NCBI GenBank assembly: GCA_964016885.1
Contig: OZ024754.1
Coordinates: 3,906,001-3,970,000, forward strand
Source: Eledone cirrhosa
Lineage: Eukaryota
Length of the DNA: 64,000 nucleotides
Direction of reading: 5' to 3'
Shown: piece after piece, positions 55,201-64,000 of the stretch
Numbering within the stretch: the stretch's first letter is position 1
How the letters are laid out: every line of letters begins with the position of its first letter
The notes under the pieces: generated by a model
Seen by the model: only the letters and a program-made list of their open reading frames with translations
Database searches by the model: none
Told to the model about the DNA's origin: nothing
Program-made: the position numbers and the translations under genes

Positions 55201-56188
55201 ATTTATTTATTAGCCACAAGGGCACAAAAGAAGGGAACAGATACAAATGGGGAGTTTACATACAGGTATATGAAAATAAAACTATTAATACAATAACAAA
55301 TAACAATTGATATTCCCAATAGGGGGGAGGTGTTACACAGGGGTTGTACACACCCCAAAAAAATGTACAACCCTCATCTCCAGGAGCACCAAGAGTGAGT
55401 ACTCCCTTCCTCTCTTCCTCTTTTTCTCAACCTACAGGCTTATATAGAGAGAAGGCCCAACCACTCGGGCCATCTTTGCCACAGTCACCCACCTTTTATA
55501 AAATTTGCTGCGGTACAGCACCTCTCTCTCCATCCTGGGGTACAGCACCTCTCTCTCCATCCTGGGGTACAGCACCTCTCTCTCCATCCTGCGGTACAGC
55601 ACCTCTCTCTCCATCCTGATTCTTCTTCCAAAATGATATTTGAAAAAACGAATCAGTTGCTCGTCGGAGAGAAAGGTGTCTGACTTCAGCCCTTTTAACC
55701 TCGTCCACCATAGCCAAAACACATAGGAAAACAGCCCCTCTCTCGTTTTTAAAGGAGGGTGGCGGTTTGATCATGACAATGGACTCGGTGGTCAATTGGA
55801 TTGGTCCAACCCGCGACAATAGTCGTTCTACATAGCCCCACAGTCGGTAACGTCCGGGCAGTGTACAAATGCGTGTGCGACGGTTTCCTCATCGTTTTTC
55901 GAAGGGTCCCTACGCGGGCGCCCGTGTCTGTAGACCTTGTCTCGAACTGCTAGAGCTCCTCGGTAGCACTGCCAGGCCAGGGACTTTTGGAAGTTGTCCT
56001 TTGGTCCCGAGTAGAAGGTCCTACCGAAACTACTGGCCAGTTCGTCCTCCTCTACGCCTAGAGTTTCTCCGAGCGCGTCGTCGCACTTGCCGCCGACCAA
56101 CCCTCTATAGAATGTCGAAGTGGAGTCTCCACTGATCGTCGCGTCCGTTTGCCAGAGGACTGTGAGCGCCTGAGCACATTCGATGGGC
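55201..56188 (-). mobile_element. 5'-truncated Tx1-type (L1 clade) LINE inserted in (GATA)n
   Basis: DNFQKSLAWQCYRGALAVRDKVYRHG...EETVAHAFVHC (zf-RVT-like), LWWTRLKGL; AATAAA at the 3' end; GATA repeats on both flanks. Confidence 0.85.
55510..55618. repeat. 27-bp tandem repeat x4 within Tx1 ORF2 end
   Basis: GGTACAGCACCTCTCTCTCCATCCTG(G/C); encodes RMEREVLY(P/R) on the minus strand. Confidence 0.92.
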
Positions 56189-56213
56189 GATAGATAGATA
56201 GATAGACATGTAA

Positions 56214-56250
<37 letters not shown>

Positions 56251-56263
56251 GGTACACATATAT

Positions 56264-56353
<90 letters not shown>

Positions 56354-56741
56354 TGAGAGAGTGAATGAGTGAGAGAGAGGAAGAGACAGTGACTGAGATG
56401 GGGAGAGAGAGAGAAAAACATAGATAGATAGATGGATAGATTCATAATGATGGAATAGATAGAAATAAGTTTGAAAAGAGGGAAAAGATAACAGGATATA
56501 GTAGACGTATGTTGAGATGTAAAATAGAGAGGAACTTTTGACAGGGAGAAAAGATGAAGTAAGGACGAGTAGACAGCAGAAACATTGTAGAGAGTCATGA
56601 TAATGGAATGGTTACAAATAAATTGGAAAATAAGGAAAAATAAGATGATATAGAAAACATGATTGGGAAGATAAAAAATGGAGGAATTAGGCCAGCATGA
56701 ATAAATGAATCGTTTCATACAGCCGGCATGATGATATGTAC

Positions 56742-56984
56742 GTGGTGTTTGTAAAGAACGTTGAACATGTCATATTGACAAGATGACAAAGTGAAAAGAT
56801 GTTTTGGCCATGACAGAATGGCAAAATGCCGTAGAAAATGTCAGCAAGATAGCGTCCTGGTGACAGCTTGATTGGCGACGAAGTGGACAAGATGGAGCAG
56901 TGATGACGAGTGAGGCGCCGAACTAGATAACATAAATTCACGTGTTGGGGGTGGGTCAATACTTCCGGTGTCAGGTACACTGAA
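56742..56984 (-). other. Candidate exon
   Basis: Good acceptor CTAATTATTTTTTAG at 56986-56985, elevated GC, one open frame; donor uncertain. Confidence 0.25.
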
Positions 56985-57260
56985 CTAAAAAATAATTAGA
57001 TTTTGCATTGTTATTCATACGATGCATACATACATACATTATTAAGTGAACGCGCTTCGCTTAGGAGTCCTAATAATATCGAACTCCTCTGTTTCTTTCA
57101 CCAAGCTAGCTAATAGACAAGGTCCACTTCTATCATATTGTTATAAATATTGTCCCAAAAGACTTCTAAGTGACTACGCTAGATTTGATATCTTTGTTGC
57201 ATTATGTTACCTGAACGCCCTTAAGGAAGTTTTAATCTTGAAATTGCGAGGATAACTTCA

Positions 57261-57650
<390 letters not shown>

Positions 57651-57741
57651 TGTAATAGAATCTAAACGGCGTAGCTTCCAAAGGAAACTGCTTCCTCAAA
57701 ACAGCAATATATGTGCTGAAATGAGTTCATCAATACATAAA

Positions 57742-57921
57742 TGTTTCTACTTTTGGGACAAGGCCAGCAATTAACCCAGTACCATTACTGGTACTTTATT
57801 TTATCGACCCCGTAAGGATGAAAGGCAAAGTTAACCTCGGCGGGATTTGAACTCAGAATAGCAAGGGCCGTAATTCTATGCGTCAAAGCATGGCGTCCGA
57901 CCCTCTACCGAGACTGCCAAT
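57742..57921 (-). mobile_element. tRNA-derived SINE, short subfamily
   Basis: Consensus match; TSD-like CAATACATAA at 57731-57740 and 57918-57927. Confidence 0.9.
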
Positions 57922-58197
57922 ACATAATAAACACAAAATATTCTCGCCCTGGAGTGTCATGGTATTAACGCCATAATGTTTTCAATCCGTATTTGAATTA
58001 TTCACTCATATTTAATAAGCTCGTATCAGCAAAAGTACTTGACTAGTTGCAATAAAATCTACATATATTGCAAATATATGTCTAGAAATTTACCAATTGT
58101 GCAAAAATATATTAAACGAGACTGAACTTTATACATATAATGGACAGTACTATCTCTTAGAAAGCATCTATTAATTCGTCTGTAGAAAATATCTCAC

Positions 58198-58718
58198 TTC
58201 ACGTTTACAAAATAACCAAAACATTTTATACCAATTGTAATCACCAGCGGCACCTTCTTTGTCAGCTTTAATATTGTGAGCATTCTTCAGATTGTTATGG
58301 ACACAACTCAAATCATCATCAAAACCTGGTCTGGCTTGCTGGGCTTATTAATTTTTCCGCCATCCGTAGATTAATTACGACAATAGATATGTTATATCGA
58401 CGTTTAAATCAATATAATGCATGCTGACGATAGATATTTAACACAGAGTGGTTACTATGTCCAGCTTGATACGACTGTCAACGTTTGCTAAAAAACAGCA
58501 CATTTGTCCAGATTGCACATCCACCATGCTATTTCCAATGGCTTCATCTGCGTCCCTGGGCGGCACGCCTTCCGGATGGAAGGCCTATCTAAAGGGCAGC
58601 CAGAGTTTTTCCAAGTATGGCTTATTTCTCAATCGGCCGTTAATTTACATCTAGATACCGTCCTTCACCAATGACCACATTACGTGGGAGATAACTATTT
58701 GCAGGTGAAAAGCCTGAA
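58198..58718 (-). other. Candidate non-coding or pseudogenised exon
   Basis: Acceptor TTTATTTTTCCAG at 58720-58719, possible GTGAGA donor near 58197, complex higher-GC sequence; stops in all three frames. Confidence 0.2.
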
Positions 58719-59038
58719 CTGGAAAAATAAAGCGTAATACATATAGATTTTACACAATATAGTCTAGCATAATAGTTATAGATCTGCAGAGCCCTCTCCA
58801 ACTCTTATATTCTAAATGTGACGTTTGGATAACATCCTTAACAATCAAATTTAAACATTTGGCATATCACTTCTGACAAATATAGAAAATATTAGATCAA
58901 AATCCTTCCGTGTATTAATGTTTTATATATTGTGTTTCACAAAACATCTTGACATTCTTATAAATTTGCATTTCACTTCAGAAGTATATAATTGCATATG
59001 CATACGTATACATACAAGCTTACATAGATAATTACATT

Positions 59039-59190
<152 letters not shown>

Positions 59191-59310
59191 TGGTGAGTGT
59201 ATGAAAGTGTGTGTGCATACATGCAGAATTTATGCTTGATTAAAGCAATATGATATGTGAGGCCCAGAGGATTTCACCGCACACACACACACATACACAT
59301 ATATACATAA

Positions 59311-59344
<34 letters not shown>

Positions 59345-60170
59345 ATGAATTACCCCAAATATATATATTTATACATACGAACTCACAAACATTCACACAC
59401 AAATAAACGTATACATACACACACGTGATTCATATTTAAGTACACATTATACAGTATAGGTGCGAAACAGAGAAGAGAAGGAAACTGTAAACATCTCTGA
59501 AAAATTCCATTCACCAATCTTACATTCTGGGTTTGTCTTTTGCGTTAATCTCATTACTCTAGTAATTCCTTCAACATTGTCAGTGTTTATTGTATAGAAA
59601 TACACTTAAATTTCATTTTGGTTTATCCTAAACCTTACTGAATGTCTGTCTTTGAGAAAGAAATACCATTTTTGCAGAGCTAGTCTCAGTGTCAGATTGT
59701 GTCAAATCATGTTATGTATGATAGAATTATAAGTTATATAACATATGACACGAATGTTGTGGGCTATAGCAATGTTTTTATATACAGTTTTCTATCGACA
59801 TATTCCACTCTTATGTTTGTATTTAGATATTTATTCCTGTTTCTTATATACGTGTAAACGAGTATATATGTGTTGTTACTTTATTTTATTTTTTTCTCGC
59901 CTTCTTCAAGTACACATTCTATCAGTTTCATCAACTGCGGATTAATAAATAACTTTACTGTTATTCTGATTATATAACATCGACATCAACAACAACAACA
60001 AAGACAAGAAGAAGAAGAAGAAGAAGAAGAAGAAGAAGAAGAAGAAGAAGAAGAAGAAGAAGAAGAAGAAGAAGAAGAAGAAGAAGAAGAAGAAGAAGAA
60101 GAAGAAGAAGAAGAAGAAGAAGAAGAAGAAGAAGAAGAAGAAAAAAAAAAAAAAATCATAATAATAAATT

Positions 60171-61283
60171 GCGGGAATTCAGAAATGGAATGTTGCTGAA
60201 CAAAAAGAAATGGATAGAAAGACTAGGAAGCTATTGTCTATCTACAGCATGTTCCACAATAGGAGTGATGTCGTTAGACTCTACTTAAAGAGATCTGAAG
60301 TTGGAAGGGGTATTATCAGCATAGAGGGCTGTGTTCAGATGGAGAAAAACGACCTGCACAAATACGTGACTGACAATAGGGAGCCAATGCTCAGAATTGT
60401 ACTGAAGGAGAAGACAATAGACCAGGGGATGTCCAAGGAGGAAATAACAACAAGGAGGAAGAGCAACCTTCATGAAAAATCCCTTCATAGTACATTCTTT
60501 AAGAAAACTTAATTTAGAGATGCACAGACATGGAACTGGTTAAAAAGCGGAGACCTTAAAAAACTACAGAAGGAATGCTAATGGCTGCGCAAGAGCAGGC
60601 CCTCAGAACGAAGTGGGTGAAACACCATATTTACGAGGAGGAAGCTAGCCCACTGTATAGGATCTGTGGAGAGAGAGAGGAGACTGTGGCTCACATTGTA
60701 TCCGAGTGTAAACACCTAGCCCAGACTCACTATAAAGGCTGGCGACATGATGTGATAGGCAGGGTGATCCACTGGCATCTATGCAAAGTAAACAATTTAC
60801 CACATTCTGAGAAATGGTATGAGCATAAGCCAGAGTCGGCGAAGGTGCTTTGGGATTTCAGGATACAGACGGACAAGAAATGATAACACAATAGGCCTGA
60901 TCTGGTGGTTTGGGACAAGGAAAAAAGATCGTGCCTGATTGTAGATGTAGCCTGCCCATTTGACACGAGAGTGCAAGAAAAGGAGAGGGAGAAAATTAAC
61001 CGATACCAGGACTTAAAGTGGGAGTTAAAAAGGATTTGGAACTGCCATAAAATCAAGGTCGTCCCGATTGTCATAGGCGCACTAGGTACTATCTCAAAGA
61101 GTTTCCAAGGATTGTTAAATAAGATTAGTCCAGCCCCGCTTTTTGGAACACTTCAAAAGGCATTCTTGCTGGGAACAGCAAGAACCCTCCGATACGTCCA
61201 GAATATCTGAGGCTGCAGGTAGCGGCTTGATATTCAATTCAACAAACTTTCCAGTGAAATAACAACAATGACTGAGACTCAAA

Positions 61284-61346
<63 letters not shown>
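60171..61346 (+). mobile_element. 5'-truncated R4/Dong-type LINE with (TAA)n tail
   Basis: AGIQKW..MDRKTRKLL, RLYLKR.E.GRG, MAAQEQAL.T, zinc knuckle, RHD and PD-D/ExK motifs, with stops and frameshift; same family as 20756. Confidence 0.92.
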
Positions 61347-61347
61347 G

Positions 61348-61530
61348 TGTTTCTACTTTAGGCACAAGGACAGCAATTACCCAGTGCATTACTGGTACTT
61401 TATTTTATCGACCCCGTAAGGATGAAAGGCAAAGTTAACCTCGGCGGGATTTGAACCCAGACCATAATGGGCCGTAACTCATTGCTGTAAAGCATGGCGT
61501 CAGACCCTCTACAGATACTGCCAGTCCAAC
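61348..61530 (-). mobile_element. tRNA-derived SINE, tail-to-tail with the LINE
   Basis: Consensus match on the minus strand. Confidence 0.9.
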
Positions 61531-61547
61531 GAGCATTAATAATAATA

Positions 61548-61732
61548 GGGCGGTGGATAGGCAGTATAGGTAGAGGGTCGGACGCCATGCTTTGTAGGAT
61601 AGTTACGTCCCTTTACGATCTGAGTTCAAATCCCGCCGAGGTTGACTTTGCCTTTCATCCTTACGGGGTCGATAAAATAAAGTACCAGTAATGCACTGGG
61701 TAATTGCTGGCCTTGTGCCTAAAGTAGAAACA
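61548..61732 (+). mobile_element. tRNA-derived SINE, full length
   Basis: GGGCGGTGGATAGGCAGTA...GTTCAAATCC...AAAGTAGAAACA. Confidence 0.92.
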
Positions 61733-62589
61733 ATTAATAATAATAATTATTATTCTGATTGAGGCACGAGGCCAGCAATTCATGAGGAGTGTGTATTTGA
61801 ATAATCCATCCAAGTGTTTTACATTTATGGACACAGAAGAATGAAAACCAAAGTTGATCCCGGTGGAACTTGAAATGAATGAGGAAAATTCCACTGGAGA
61901 CAACTTGCTTTTCAACACTCGGTGATCGATGACAGAAAGAAACAGCGAAGACCTTTTTGCGGTTTAATCGAATTTCCCCAACCCAGCATAATTTCTGTTC
62001 CTATGACTGAATTATGTGTCATAATAATAGCAACAATGATAATAATAAAATAATATAAGTAATATTACTGACGTTGTCATAGAATCATAAACATTTTCTG
62101 TCAATCGGTTGTACCTGTCCACGTCAAAAAATGTAAGGCACTAAGTTAAATATCATTCTCCTTCTTCTTCTTCTTACGCATTCTTCTTCTTCTTCTTTTC
62201 CTATCTCCTTCTTCTTCTCCTCCTCCTTTTCTTCTTCCCCGATATCCAACGACAAACGAGAACTAACCAAGTATAATCAAGGCCAGGGTTCGAAGTTATA
62301 TGTGATGTAATATTTCACTATTTCTCCTTGGAAATAATAATCGTCTTAGTTTTAGCCTTGTTCCCAATCCTATAGGGACGTCCATGATTGAGATGATTCT
62401 AGACATCAGTTACATGTCATCGCCGGTATGTTGATCAGGTCAAATTTTTAATCGATGCCAAGATTTCAATTATGCAAAAGACCTGAATATTCTAAGATAA
62501 ACCACGATCCAGGGCAGCTTGCTTCAGTAAATTTGAAAAAAAAATTAAACAAAAACTATTGACCGTTTAGCGACAACAGATACACAGAA

Positions 62590-62765
62590 TACTGCATCAC
62601 TGCATCATCACTAGCCACATATGTCAAGACCTCAGGCATTCTCGGACCCCGTACAGCAAAATCGGAACTTCGGCGGCATGTCGTTGGAAGGAACCCCGTG
62701 AGGTTGAGTGGCTGTTCCAGCGGGTGTTACTGGCCATCATCCAGGGGATTGCTTTTGCGGTCTAG
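62590..62765 (+). mobile_element. CRE-clade LINE 3' remnant
   Basis: VKTSGILGPRTA and EPREVEWLFQRVLLAIIQGIAFAV* match the CRE C-terminal pattern ET.G.LG...QRLS.A..RGNA. Confidence 0.65.
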
Positions 62766-62972
62766 TCCGTGTGACGCAGCACTTCTTTCCCCCCCCCCCC
62801 TTGCCCTAAGCCCAGAGCCCAATCACCCTTCCCCTTCACCCTCCCCTCTCTTCTGCGACACCAGAGCTCTTGTCATACCCTCCCTTTCTATTTCTCTTTT
62901 TTTCTCTATATATCCCTATTCTTTTCTTCTTATCTTTCCTTTTTTATTATTATTGCCATTATTATAGTTGTC

Positions 62973-63161
62973 AGGGTCGGAGGCCATGCTTTGCAACATA
63001 GACTTACGTCCCTTTACATTCTGGAATCAAATCCCACCGAGGTTAACTTTGCCTTTCATCCTCACGGGGTCGATAAAATAAAGTACCAGTCACGCACTGT
63101 GGTCGATTTAATCGACTTTTCCTCCCCACAAATTACTAGCCTTGTGCCTACATGAGAAACC
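62973..63161 (+). mobile_element. tRNA-derived SINE, long subfamily, 5'-truncated
   Basis: Core plus GGTCGATTTAATCGACTTTTCCTCCCC segment; (ATT)n tail. Confidence 0.88.
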
Positions 63162-63175
63162 ATTATTATTATTAT

Positions 63176-63340
63176 TTGGCAGTATCGGTAGAGGGGCGGA
63201 TGCCATGCTTTGCAGCAAAGAGTTACGGCCCTGAGTTCAAATCCCGCCGAGGTTAACTTTGCCTTTCATTACGGGGTCGATAAAATAAAGTACCAGTAAT
63301 ACACTGGGATAATTACTGGCCTTGTACCAAAAATAGAAAT
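63176..63340 (+). mobile_element. tRNA-derived SINE, short subfamily, in the tail of the previous copy
   Basis: Consensus match with small deletions; (ATT)n on both sides. Confidence 0.88.
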
Positions 63341-63691
63341 AATTATTATTACTATTGTAAATATCATTTTCAAATACTTTTTTTATGCCATCTGCGAACA
63401 GCAGACTGTCTGGTAACTATATATATATGTAAGTAAAACCGTGAAAGCAGCATGTAGATAGTCGTACAAGCAGATGTATTATATATAATCGAAGATGAAA
63501 CACAAACAAGTAGTAGTAGTAGTAGTAGTAGTAATTATGATGATATTGATAATCATTATTACGAAGATATTGATAATACTAAAACATATATGTATATAAT
63601 GAAGAATATAAATCTTAAGAAAATACATCGATATTTGTGGAATTTTCAGGGGAATTGAACGTAAAGAATACGTGTGTGTACGTACGTATAT

Positions 63692-63751
<60 letters not shown>

Positions 63752-64000
63752 ATTTATATATACAATATATACATATATATATACAATATATATATATATA
63801 TATACAATATATACATATATATACAATATATACATATATATATACAAATACATACATATATATACACATATTTATAGACATATATATATATATATATATA
63901 TATATTAGACCAACAGATTCAAGTTTAAGCAAAGGCTTTCACGCTTAACGGGATCTTCTGAAATTAAAAAAGTCAATCTGTGAACTCAGAAGTAAATATT

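Noticed and set aside
55828-56718. 296-aa minus ORF as a host gene
   Set aside because: Chimera of low-complexity sequence read into Tx1 ORF2.
58227-58374. Hydrophobic plus-strand peptide (FIPIVITSGTFF...)
   Set aside because: Short, bounded by stops, with no convincing splice sites.

Overview
This is AT-rich, microsatellite-saturated eukaryotic non-coding DNA. The SINE types and repeat load suggest a coleoid cephalopod, probably an octopod (inference). No intact protein-coding gene, rRNA, true tRNA gene or CRISPR array could be supported, and almost all track ORFs are translations of simple repeats. Transposon content: at least 12 copies of a tRNA-derived SINE with a Meta/MESC-like core; an internally deleted mariner with 103-bp TIRs; two R4/Dong-type LINE 3' ends; Tx1, RTE, CRE and other LINE remnants; and a non-autonomous Helitron. 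There are also many Penelope-like fold-back remnants. Most interesting: (1) long near-perfect fold-backs carrying complete hammerhead ribozyme folds, three of them in both polarities; (2) a 34 x 33-bp minisatellite grown out of the Pol III B-box of a SINE; (3) repeated nesting of LINEs at SINE (ATT)n tails, with element families partitioned among microsatellite types. Three weak minus-strand exon candidates lie at 51.5-58.7 kb. All alignments and folds were done by eye.
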